A stretch of 64,000 nt of DNA from Auanema rhodensis (taxonomy: Eukaryota > Animalia > Nematoda): the NCBI GenBank assembly GCA_964057225.1, contig OZ059897.1, positions 11,470,001-11,534,000 of the forward strand, read 5' to 3'. Of this stretch, positions 1 through 11,519 are shown piece after piece. The notes below the pieces were generated by a model. It saw only the letters and a list, made by a program, of their open reading frames with translations. It ran no database searches and had not been told where the DNA came from. A program made the position numbers and the translations under genes. Positions within the stretch are counted from its first letter, which is position 1. Every line of letters starts with the position of its first letter.

Positions 1-179
1 AATACAAAATGAAAGCACATATAATATAGTAAAAGATAGAATTGAAACATGCAGCCACCCTGTCGGACTCGGACATCAGCGAGGACAACAAAGATCAGGA
101 ACAAGGATCACCAGAGCCATACCTTTTGTATGTCACACAACAACAAAGAAGAATGAACAACAGTACAATACACGAAATA

Positions 180-360
180 GAACACAAAAAAAAGAAATTC
201 AGGTTAATGACTTAGTTATGAAAAGTGAATTCTACTCGAAACAAACTAACATTATTTAGTTACAGCAGTTCAAAGATCTTTCGTCGTGGTTCAAATAGAT
301 AAAGGAAAAAGCAGAAGAGTACACAAGGACTTTGTCAAACCTTATCAACGGACAACATTT
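180..360 (+). pseudogene. Degenerate Ty3/gypsy-like integrase C-terminal tail
   Basis: Broken frames read EIQVNDLVMK...VVVQIDKGKSRRVHKDFVKPY, resembling the C-terminal module of gypsy integrases; lies upstream of a PPT and LTR start. Confidence 0.45.
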
Positions 361-968
361 ATTCCGGTTATCACGATTTCTTGCAGGTAGTTTTTTTTAA
401 CTAAATCAAACTGTTGAAATTTTTTTTTATTTTGTGCCATTTCTGATTGTAACACTTCTTTGTTGTTGATTGATTTTCTCTGAGAAGTCTGCTATTGCTT
501 TACAAGGTTTTGTTTTATTACTCCAATTTTCATTGAGTAGATTTTTTTCAATATTCTCTTGTGAATCTTGCTATTTGTTATGCTTAATCATTACTTGTAT
601 TCACCTTATGGACATTAGTCATACGGGTCAAACGAGTTTTTATTTTTTTGTACAGAACGGGCTCGATCTATTCTCAGGGTAACACCGTACCTGTACAACT
701 CAAGAAAATGAACGACTATATCACAGTCGAATGGTTTAGAAGCAAAGCTCTCGTTTGCAAGCATTTCACTACTCAAGTGAATGGAATAGAATCTACTCGA
801 TACTACATTTCAAATTCAACAAACTTGAAGAGACAATAGCTAAACTTTCAAATCGTATTGTATACATTATTTTTTATCGACTACACCATGATTTTCTTTT
901 TCCAACATCCAACTATCTTAAAAAGTGAATTAATTTATTTTGTTTTGAACGAGGACGTTCAACTTTTT

Positions 969-1361
969 AAGGTGGGGGGATGTCACATCTGCTAGCACAT
1001 GGTAAACATGTGCGCGCTATTCAAATAGCGGGAGCCTGAACAAGCCCCGCCTACAACATGGGACACACATGGCACTCTTGCTTCTGGCCTAACCCAGATA
1101 GGTTGTCTTATAGTCATGTGAGTCTCATCTCTATATCATCTATATATATACTCTATTTAATACTTTATTAGATCTCTCTATATTCTTTCTTAATGTAATT
1201 CTTATATTGTATTTTCTTGTTATCTGATAATGAATTCTTTTCTCGTTAAGTATTTGTCTTAATAAGGAAATCGAAGCGTTCGGGTCTGCCTACCTAAGGA
1301 ACAAGGTAGAAGTACATATATCTTCCGACCATGAAAAGACGGGAAGAAACAATATGTAACG
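969..1361 (+). mobile_element. Polypurine tract plus truncated 3' LTR of an LTR retrotransposon
   Basis: AAGGTGGGGGGA (969-980) directly followed by TGTCACA (981); TATA-like tract downstream; cut by Maverick sequence at ~1362. Confidence 0.55.
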
Positions 1362-1773
1362 CAGTTATGAATATTCCCTGTCACTGTGAATTATGTATAA
1401 GATACACGTTGGAACAATCTGTGCCAACACCCCTGTACAAAAAGATTTTGAAACGTATTTCAGTGCCATTCATTAAAGGAATATCTCTGGGACTAGGCTT
1501 TTGTACAACACTAGTCATTATTCCACTCATTATATAAAAGTGAGTTGACTGTGTGTGGTTGTTTTTTATTTTCCTCTAATGGAACTTTTATGTAACAAGT
1601 ATTGTATTGTATTACGTGCCAGAAAATATTTTCATCAGCCAAGCATTTTAGTGATCATGTATTGAAAAGACATGACGGGATTCAACCCGTATGTAACAGT
1701 TATATCAGCAATGCTGACTTTATTCAAAAATATGGACATTTGGATGGTGTTCGTAGACGTTTGTGCCCTTATT
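1362..1773 (+). mobile_element. Internal fragment of a subfamily-B Maverick (56-aa TM ORF and start of the C2H2 ORF); target of the copy-A left end
   Basis: Near-identical to 47586-47992; ends exactly where the A TIR begins. Confidence 0.9.
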
Positions 1774-2743
1774 AGTAGAGAGCCGTGCAAAATTTACTAA
1801 CCACGCCCCCAAACAGCTGTCAAAAACATACTTTTGGGGGCGTCAGCTGCTAAAAACATACTTTTGGGGCGCGTCAGCTGTCAAAAACATATTTTTGAGC
1901 GTCAGCTGTTAAAATCATATTTTGGGATCATGGTTCATGGATTTTCCTTTTTTAAACTTAAAAATCATGATTTAAAGCATGATTAAAATTTTTTTTTTAA
2001 AATCAAAATTAAATATGCTTTTTTAAATGTATATATATATATATATATATATAATTATATATTTTTAATTAATTTTTAAATATATTAAGTGAAAAAAAAA
2101 TTATATTAAAATTAATTAATTATATTTAAATTTTATATTTATAAATTATATTTAAATTTTAAATATTTAAATTATATTTAACCTTCATATATATAAATCA
2201 TATTTAAATTTTAAATATATTAATTTGTTTTAAAATTTTATTTATTTCTTTATTCATTTATTAATTATGTTCGTTTACTTATTCTGTTTACTTATTTTGT
2301 TTATTATTTTATAATATTGTTTTTTTTACTGTTTTTGTTTTTAAAGATCAATAAAATTTTTGCATGTAGATAATTTTGTTCACCGTACTTGTTATGGGTA
2401 ATTCAATGGAACACATATCGAAAGTTAATTCGATAAGAACGATATGAAATACCAAAATTTAATGGAACACATATCGAAAGTTAATTCGATAAGAACGATA
2501 TGAAATACCAAAATTTAATGGAACACATATCGAAGGTTAATTCGATAAGAACGACATTAAATTATTAATTTTTGAAATTACAAATTGTTATTAATTATAT
2601 TTATTCTAACAATTAAAAGTTTCAAATTAAAAGAAAAGATTAGTTTTAAACTTTATTTTACTAATATAACAATACAATAACTAAATAGAGCACACATTGA
2701 AGGTAAATACAATAAGATTAACAAACAGTTGCGCTGACCTCAA
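1774..2743 (+). repeat. Left TIR of Maverick A (~970 bp)
   Basis: Reverse complement of 14876-15841; four ~30-bp CAGCTG repeats (1805-1925), AT-rich core, three ~56-bp palindromic repeats (~2406-2555). Confidence 0.92.
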
Positions 2744-2950
2744 TGAAACGCATAAAGTTAATTTAATAAGAACTAATAACAAAAATTAATCCGACGGTTA
2801 CAATAAAAACAGATGTATTCAATAAGCTTATTTATTTTAAAGTTTATCGCAACTACTAGTTTTGACAGCTGTACCCAAATCCATGTTACATAACAAATTA
2901 CAATGCCAACAGCAATGTGTAGACTGATGTATTCATTATATCAAGGTACA

Positions 2951-5900
2951 ATGGCTGCTAATAGGTTGTGTCTTTTTGATTATTTGTTTGTAAACTTTTT
3001 CTTTTTTTAGTTATAAACGTTTATGTGAAGAGCTAGGATTTGATTATGAAGAAATCAATCAGCTCAGGTAATTTAACAATATTTTGAATCTTTATATATA
3101 TTTTGTTTTTTAGTAAACGTATAAAGTTTACCGAGGCTGGTGGGATCGAGCTCTGTGAGCCCACATCAACCACTTTTAACAGTGGGCCCTCATCATCAAG
3201 GGTTATTGAAGTAATAACCTTGGATGACAGTGATGAGTAAGCGATATTAAAATTATAACATTTAGTTTTTTCTTTTTAAGCGAATGGGATCCTGCTACCC
3301 CATCAACCAGTGGAGGGCAAGTCGGATATGGAGCGACATTCAACGATGTCTGTAAAATAGAGGTGCGATCTTTTATTTACATATTATTTCATAATATATC
3401 TTTTGAAACATGAAATTTTCTCTTGCTCCAATTGCATATTTTGAAAACATTTTGAAATTTATTTCTCTTTTTCAATTGCATTCATAAAATTCTCTCTTTC
3501 TCATCTTTACATTTCATCTCAATCTATATCTTTTATCAAACAAATTGCAAATATTTTGAAATTTATATATTCATTCTTTTGAACAGCATTCATTTTAAAA
3601 TCTTTACATTTCATCTCACTATCTATCTATCTTTCCTCATCTATCTTTCTTTCAACCGATTTTGAATTCTTACAAATTATAAATATTTCAAACATTTTGA
3701 ACTAGTAAAATAATAAAACACAATCTTGACCTTTCCATTTATTTTTAAACATTAACAAATGTTTATAAAAGTTTTTTCAAAGTTGAAAAAAAAAATTTAT
3801 ATTTAAAAATCAAATGCCATTTATTTTTAATAAAAGAATATAAAAATAATTTAAAGAAAAGTAAATTTATTAAAAGTTATAAACAAAAATTATTTATATT
3901 TAAATTAAAAGCGTATAACCATTATAAAAAATATGTATTATAGTGGTCACACCGACGCATAAAACGAACTGGTCGGTTCACCAACGTGGTCGTTTGATCG
4001 CTCACGTTCCCACATTTGGAAGCCATTAATGAGCCAATGCATGTTGTCATGCCGCGGCTATTTAATGAGTTTCTTGATCGGTGCCTTGCTGAAAGTGGTG
4101 TGCCAGATAAACAAAAAGCACTGTTTTGTTTATCAATAGAGCACCCATCCTTTGAAAAGGGATCCATATTTATGGATTTCCGTAGAAGGGAGCATTTGGA
4201 TGGCGTTGTCATCATGAATGCCATCAGCAAGGTGCAGCAATCAAAGCGAGAGGCTGTAATTAGCCAGGCAATGAATATTGAAATGTATGTGTTTGATGAA
4301 AGACCGGTGCAGCCAAGCCTGATGCCTGGTGAAGGTAGAGTTGGTTTCTATTTTGATGCCGAACTCAAAATACCTGGCACAATTGAAAACACTGACACTC
4401 ATTGCCTGGCTAGAGCAGCAGTTGTGGGAATGTGGAGAGCCGATGAAGAGGCAGCAGAAGATGTTGTTGAGAAGCGGAGGATTCAAAATCTTTGTCGCAA
4501 CTACATCTTGTTGCCAAATCAACCACATCATATCAATTTATTAAATAGGTGTGGTATTTCTGTACATTTACCAAATTATAATTTGAATCATTTAAATACT
4601 ATTGCAAGTTGTAATACAGACTATAAGTTTGTAGTATACGCTAGGCCACCTGGACAGCGTATGTACGCTATTCAGCGTATCTTTAATGAAACGGCTAGCA
4701 AAGTGGTAACACTAGGCTACCGAAATAATCATTATGACTATATTACAACTTGTAGTAGATCACAGCTTTTTGATGGTATTATATGCCAACACTGTGAATT
4801 ATCTTACAAAACAGTGTTGCATAGATGTAAAGCCAAGTGTAAGAAATGCCACACCTTAAAATGTAATTCGATGGAAAATGTGGTTGAAAGTAGCATAAGA
4901 TGTGATAGTTGTAGAGTTTTGTTTAAAACTCGTCAATGCTTTGACAAGCATATTAGAAAAACATGTCGAATGTTTAAGGTAATTTAAAAAATATATATAA
5001 AATTTAACAAGACTAAATTCAGACATGTGAAAACTGTGATCATTATCACAGAGTACGTGCTGATAGACCGTACAATTGCAATGAGAAATTTTGCAAAAAG
5101 TGTGGTCAGACAAAGCCTGAAGATCATTCTTGTTGTTGGGTACCACCTAACGACAAGAAGAAGGATCAGTTAAAAAAGAGGCAAGAGAAATACAAGGTTT
5201 GTATTTAACATCTTTACAAGTGTAATGCTTAATTGTTTAAGATTATATTTTATGACTTTGAAACGGTTGTGTTAAAAAACGGAACAAATGTTCATGAATA
5301 TGCAGATGAACAATGGCCCAATATGGTTGTGTATAACAAATTTTGTGAAAGTTGTATAGATGCCAACTCATGTGAAAAATGCACAACCAAGGAGGGCCAT
5401 TTTGGGTATCAACAAGGTGATAGTGAATGGTCTGTAACAGATCGTTTCCTTGATTGGTTACTTAACTCTGTTGAGAATGATAATGCAATTTTGATTGCGC
5501 ATAATGGTTCACGCTTTGACATACATTTCTTGGTGTCTAGGCTGATAAACCGTGGTATATATCCTGATCCAATTTTAAATGGGACCAAGATTATAAGCAT
5601 GGTTGTCAAGCCTTTAAGAGGTCAAAAATTTAATTATTTATATTTTAAAGATAGTTATTTATTAGTGCCTTCACCCTTATCAGCGTTACCCAAGGCATTT
5701 GGTGTACCTGATATGAGTAAAGGACAGTTTCCTTACCTCTTTAATCATCCAATAAATTATGGCAAAGTGTTGCCATCTTTACCACCAAAACAGTACTATT
5801 GTACTGCTAGAATGAAAGCAGAAGACCTAGCTTTATTCAATATTTGGTATGAATAGCGTAATCAAAGAGCGTTTGATTTTGATGAAGAGCTTTTGGAATA

Positions 5901-7957
5901 TTGTAGGACAGATGTCCGTATTTTAACCAACTGTATGAAAGTTTACATGAAGTTGGCAACCGCCACCACTGGCTGGAATCCTGTCATACAATGTATGACA
6001 TTTGCCAGTTTCTCTTTATTCCAGGCAAGTTTTTTAAAATACAAGCATTTTCAAAACTAGTATATTACAGTTGAAAATGAACCACATTAAAGAGAACCAA
6101 GTGGGTATTCTGCCCGAGACTGGTTATTATGCCGGTCAAAAGCAGAGTATATTAGCCATAAAGTATATAAAATGGCTAGAACAAGGATTGGGCCGCCCAT
6201 TAATGCATAAGCTTAATGGTGGCGAATTTGCAGTGAGAGTAGATGACCATCGCTATCTACTCGATGCTTATGACCCCGTTGCCAATCATGGCTATGAGGT
6301 GAGTAATTTGTAATAAATGTAAAAAATGCAAATTTTTGTAGATTAATGGTTGTATTTACCATGGTTGCCCCCAGTGCACCAACAAGAGCGCTATAGCACC
6401 AGGCAGAAATGGTGAAACAATGGAAGAGGTAATTGATAATTTTTAATCATTTTAATTTGAAAAATTTAGGTTTATGATAAAACCATGAAAAGGCTTCAAG
6501 CAATTCAAAGCCAAGGCATTAGTGTTACCACAGTGTGGGAGCACGAAATTAATGCTCAAATTTCGGCCAATGAAGAAATGGCGAAATTTATGCGTGAAAC
6601 AAATGTTGTTACACGCTTGGCACCTAGAGATGCCTTTACCGGTGGCCGCACCCAGACATATAAGCTTTTGGCACAAGCTTCGGATAGATACTCGCTCGAG
6701 TATGTGGACTTTTGTTCACTATATCCATATGTCACCGCTTTTGATGCCTATTACCCTGTAGGTAATCCCAAAGTGATTACTGAGGGTTTCAAAAGCTTTG
6801 AGACATGTTGCCCATACAAGGGGCTAGTAAAATGTGACGTGCTTGCACCCACAAATTTGCTGTACCCTGTATTAGGTACACGTATTGGCGGTAAACTAAT
6901 TTTTACAAACTGCCGCACTTGTGCAGTCAAAAGTAAAAATGTAGCATGTGACCACCAAAATGATGTAAATGCTAGAAAGCTGCATCTAACTGTGACACAA
7001 GTTGAGCGTGCCATACAACGTGGCTATAAAGTGCTTCATGTGCATGAGGTGTGGCACTGGGAAGAATGGCAACAAGGCGGCCTGTTTAAAGAATTTGAAG
7101 AAAAGGTATGTTTTGATAAAAGTATCACATTAAATAGAATTTTTCAGGTAATATATCTCCAAGAGCACGAGGAGAACACTGGTGTTGCTCTGGAGAGCAA
7201 TAAAATTGAAAAGAATGCTGCCATGCGTAGCATTGCCAAACTGCAGCTAAATAGGTTTGTAAACTTTTAAAAACAATACATTACAAATTTGCTTATAGTG
7301 TCTGGGGTAAAATGGGTCAAAGACCTGATAAAGCCCAAACCAAGATTATTGGTGTTGAGGACCCAGAAATTGGTAGGATCATTACTGATCCTGCAAGGGA
7401 ACTCACTGGGTTCAAAATTGTGGATAATGTTGCGTACTGCACAACAGTACCAGAGGATTCACATTTGGCGCCACCGCCTTTTACAAATGTAGCTATTGCG
7501 GCCTATACAACCGCTCATGCAAGGCTACTATTGTATAAGGCAAAGGAGAAAAATGGAAAGAATTTGGTGTATACAGGTAATTTTATACTTTGTATTCAAT
7601 TTAAACTTCAGCAAAAGTTTATAGTTATAAACTTGTAAATGCAGCTGGTGATGTAAAATATGTAACAAAGGCAAAGGGAGTGGTAAGTACGAGCTTTGAC
7701 TTTTCAAATAATTTTATAATTTTCAGACGTTGGACCACACGGCAGCATCAGTGGTAAACTTTGAAAGTATGGAGCGACTGGTTCGCGGACTCGTTATGGA
7801 TGGAGAGAAATTGGTTTTAAAAACCAATACAACCTTGTAAAAGAGGCAACTCGGTGCCATATCCACAATGGATATGACAAAAAGTACTAAAGTTGTAATG
7901 GATAAACTTTGTTATCTAGACGATTATAGTACTTTACCCTACGGTTATTGTGAATAA
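2951..7957 (+). pseudogene. Spliced protein-primed family B DNA polymerase of Maverick A (leader, putative terminal protein, OTU-like, Cys-rich, exonuclease, Vsr-like, polymerase)
   Basis: Introns 2965-3010, 3068-3113, 3237-3280, 3363-3943, 4979-5022, 5197-5241, 6025-6070, 6299-6341, 6429-6469, 7106-7147, 7255-7298, 7577-(deleted), 7683-7726. Motifs YDFET, AHNGSRFD, DFCSLYP, KLQLNSVWGK, KAKG, TLPYGY. Stops near 3995, 5854 and 7838; motif C lost by deletion. Confidence 0.9.
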
Positions 7958-8094
7958 GTTTTAATATATTTGAATTTATAAATTTTATTATTGCGTGTAT
8001 ATTTGTATATGGTTGTATTTATAGATTTTTATTTATAGTTGTATTAATAAATTTTATTCTTCTCATCAAATGTTTTAAAGAATTTATTACATAC

Positions 8095-8897
8095 ATTACA
8101 AACTGGTATCAATATATGGAGCACTTTGCGAGTTTATCTTCTATAGCCATAGCTAATCCAGCGTTTAGATCAAACTCTTGAATGAGCAAATGTACATCGC
8201 TGATATCTACTTTCAAATTTGGAAACTCCTCCTTTAATGTAGTATCCTTGTTTTCATTATTCCAGCCTAGAGTGTCAATTAAAAAGTTATCACGGTTTGG
8301 ATATGCAGTTAGCTCCATTTTTGAATAGTTTACAAACAGTCGCTCTTGATTAAATAGGTCGATACTGACGGGAGCAGCCATCTCACACAATATGCCATTT
8401 TTTACAAGCGTTTGACGCGTTCTAAATCCAGCACTGGATGCATTATCTATATATCTATCAGCATAATAGCCTGATATGGCAAGTTTGCTCTCTTTAACAT
8501 CGTTGCTATACATTTAAATATTCTCGATATATGTTTTATAGGCATGATTCACGGTAGAGTCATACACGCTAACATCGCCAATTTTCAAATGATACGAATG
8601 TATTAAACTGGCAGCAAATTGTTGACATGGTGCAAAAACAAGGTTGTCTGGTACTGGATCACCGTTTGTGGTTACAATTTTAAATTTTACATTCAACCAA
8701 CATCTTCTCAGATTGAGGAATGATTTGGAATTTTGAGCTATAACAAATTCCCATGGTCCTTGAGGAAGAAAAGTATTTTTCAAAGGGACTTGTACAGTAC
8801 GAGTAGACTCTACACCTAATGCCGACGCTGGTATATCACCATAGTTGATATTAGATAAAAGGGCTTGTGCTGATTTTGAATCTATCAATTTAGCCAT
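8095..8897 (-). pseudogene. Major capsid protein (double jelly-roll, PY-like), copy A, with stop and C-terminal deletion
   Basis: ORFs 8514-8897 and 8109-8513 match the 425-aa ORF of copy B; ~540 bp deleted near 8124. Confidence 0.85.
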
Positions 8898-9362
8898 TTA
8901 AATGTGAAACGACCGCTCACGAGTGATGCACAACCGCTTATGAGGTTTTGTGGTTTTGCGTCGTCGCCGTTTGCCCAAGCCGGTAAGATCTCGTATAGCT
9001 TGCCGGCCGGCTGTTTTAAGAGTTTCCTTGATATTATCGCCTTTCAGCACCCCATCGACAATTTCATTACCAGTTTTTAGCAACTGTCCACCAAGAGGTG
9101 AATTTACAACTGGACTATTGCTTACAGCACTGGATAAGGCGTTTCTTCCGGCATTGATGAGATTTTGGGCTATAGGTGATTGAATGATGCGTGGTAGAAA
9201 TGATGCCAAAGTTGCCAAAATACCACCCAAACCATGACCCCTCTGCATTCCACGTTAAAACATCATTCCGCTAAATGGGGCGCCACCCATTTGTTGATTT
9301 AAAAGTGTTGTCCATTGAATAGAGTTGACATCCAAAAGGAGGTGCGGCATATCGAACCGCAC
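8898..9362 (-). pseudogene. Basic core-like protein (PZ-like), copy A
   Basis: Homologous to 46586-47050; QRGHGLGG and LTGLGKRRRRK motifs; N-terminal part interrupted by a stop. Confidence 0.65.
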
Positions 9363-9401
9363 GCGCGCAATACAAAAGTTACACTAGATCATTCTACTAA
9401 A

Positions 9402-9857
9402 ATGTATTCGTCTGAAATAGTATCACTATTGCAATCTGTCCCCAGCACTCGGAAACTATTCCTCGGTGTATACAGCGCTGATACTCTACCCAAAACGCGT
9501 CGTAAAAACTTTGCACTTGTCGTAAATACTGACACACATGATAAGCCAGGCACACATTGGCAGGTCATCTTTGTCCGTAACAAGCAAGCCTATTTTTTCT
9601 GTAGCTTGGGATATAAAATGAACAAGTACATTCAAAATTATCTGGCCAAATATAAAAAGGTAAAAATTAATACTTGCAAACCACAACGTTTAATTGAATA
9701 CACTTGTGGTGGCTATGTGGTTTTTGTAATACTAATGTTGTCGGCTGGTAATTCATTTGAAAGCATTTGTTCATTTTTTAAACTATTGAAAAATGATGAT
9801 GTCTTTATTAAAGCGTTTATGCATAAAGTATTCGACTATAAATTGGCTACTATATAA
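9402..9857 (+). CDS. Adenain-like cysteine protease (Maverick PRO), copy A
   Basis: NTD...PGTHW...FFCSLG...PQ...TCGGY; start inferred from copy B (MYSSEI). Confidence 0.85.
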   Translation: MYSSEIVSLLQSVPSTRKLFLGVYSADTLPKTRRKNFALVVNTDTHDKPGTHWQVIFVRNKQAYFFCSLGYKMNKYIQNYLAKYKKVKINTCKPQRLIEYTCGGYVVFVILMLSAGNSFESICSFFKLLKNDDVFIKAFMHKVFDYKLATI

Positions 9858-9898
9858 GAAATTTGTCATTAATAACCTGCTACATTACGTGATCAGTT

Positions 9899-10069
9899 AT
9901 GAATATTCCTTGTCACTGTGAATTATGTGTCAAATACACGTTGGAGCAATCTAAACCAGCGCCTTTATACAGGAGTATGTTGAAATGTATTTCAGTGCCA
10001 TTTATTAAAGGTATAGCATTGGGATTGGGCTTTTGTACAACACTAATCATATTATTGCTCATTATATAA
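9899..10069 (+). CDS. 56-aa CxCxxC protein with C-terminal hydrophobic anchor
   Basis: MNIPCHCELC...KGIALGLGFCTTLIILLLII; same length and frame in copy B (47591-47761) and in the 1.4 kb fragment. Confidence 0.65.
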   Translation: MNIPCHCELCVKYTLEQSKPAPLYRSMLKCISVPFIKGIALGLGFCTTLIILLLII

Positions 10070-10110
10070 AAGTGGGTTGATTGCGTGTGGTCGTTTTTCA
10101 TTTTCCTCTA

Positions 10111-10577
10111 ATGGAACTTTTATGTAACAAATATTGTGGTACATGCAAGGAAATATTTTCTTCAACCAAGCATTTTAGTGATCACGTTTTGAGAAGGCAT
10201 GCAGGTGCATTCAACCCATATGTAACAATTATATCAGCAATGCTGACTTTATTCAAAAATATGGACATTTGGATGGTGTTCGTAGACGTTTGTGCCCTCA
10301 TTGTAGTGCAACTTTTGGAACAAGATTCAATTGTGAGCGTCATATTCGGCGTATTCATAATAATAATGGAACGAATGGTGAAGATGGTGATGGAAATGAT
10401 ACCAGCAAACCCTTTGAAAAAGCTGAGGAGTTTGTACATTCAACCCAATCAAAAAGATGCCGCAGCAATAGTGACGGAGAACATTCACAACACGAGCCGA
10501 GCGACAAACAAAACTGCCCTAAACTATCTTTTAAACCTTCGAAAATGAAAATGTGGTATTGTATAACTGTTGAATAA
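10111..10577 (+). CDS. Dual-frame locus: C2H2 zinc finger(s) and overlapping hydrophobic protein, copy A
   Basis: CGTC...HVLRRH and CPHC...HIRRIH in different frames; hydrophobic frame open to 10548. Confidence 0.6.
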
Positions 10578-10584
10578 AACGTTT

Positions 10585-11440
10585 ATTTCATATTTTTAAC
10601 ATGCAATGTAACAACTGTAGAACCATAATTAAATTGCATAGGACGACCAAATTCATCTAAAATTTCAATACGTATGGTATCGAGTGTTTGTCTAGTGATT
10701 GGTACATAACGAATAGGATTAAATGTTTTGGCAATCATTTTACCAAATTCAGTAGGAGGTGGTACAGGTAAACATGCAAGTAAATTAAATTACATTACCA
10801 AGAATGGAATATTCTACAATATTACAATATATATATACATTGTATTAATGTTATTTGAAAAATCAATGGGACGCCTGGCTATTATTGTATCGTTGATGTT
10901 TTTATTTTCAAAACCAAGAAAATATGCAAAATCATCACCAAGCGTTGCATTCATTAATAGTCGCTTGCTTGTTACAAACTCTATGCGCTGCAATGTTTTG
11001 TTAAACTGAAATGTGGCATCTGCGAGCATTTCCTCCACTAGCTTAGCCTCAGCCTGGCGATTATTATACCATTTTTTTACATCTTCATCTTTATCTATTA
11101 AACTTTTTATACGTGCTTCTTCCTCAGCTCCAAGAGGCTTTGTATTGTTGGCGATAAATGATTCTCTTCCAGCATTGATTCCGCGTATTATTTCATCACC
11201 ATTTGCATAGTTGCCTTTAGGCAAGTGCAGAATAAACTTTCTATTGGAAAAACGTAGTGTATAAGATGAATCTTTTTGAACATTTAATATAGAACAAGGA
11301 AAAATGATGTCTGTCAGCCCAATGCAATACCTATTATTGCGTATCCTTAGTGTTTCAGGTAATCTGGTAAGAAACACTGATGATGTATTACTTTTTTCAG
11401 AGTCAACTGATGATGGAAGAGTAATGTAAAAATCATCCAT
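10585..11440 (-). pseudogene. Minor capsid/penton (PX-like), copy A, frameshifted
   Basis: FYITLPS N-terminus; matches the intact 285-aa ORF at 48273-49130; small deletions near 10790-10825. Confidence 0.8.
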
Positions 11441-11519
11441 GACAAACCACCACTTGATACGTGTACACTACTGCAAATGAAATCATTTGCATTTTAGGTA
11501 CATTTACGAGTGGTTGATT

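Noticed and set aside
1331-1537. 68-aa ORF as a distinct gene
   Set aside because: Chance fusion of LTR sequence to the 56-aa Maverick ORF at the 1362 junction.
4979-7300. Treating the pPolB fragments as frameshift decay or separate genes
   Set aside because: Most breaks have canonical splice sites, correct phase and the same positions in both subfamilies.
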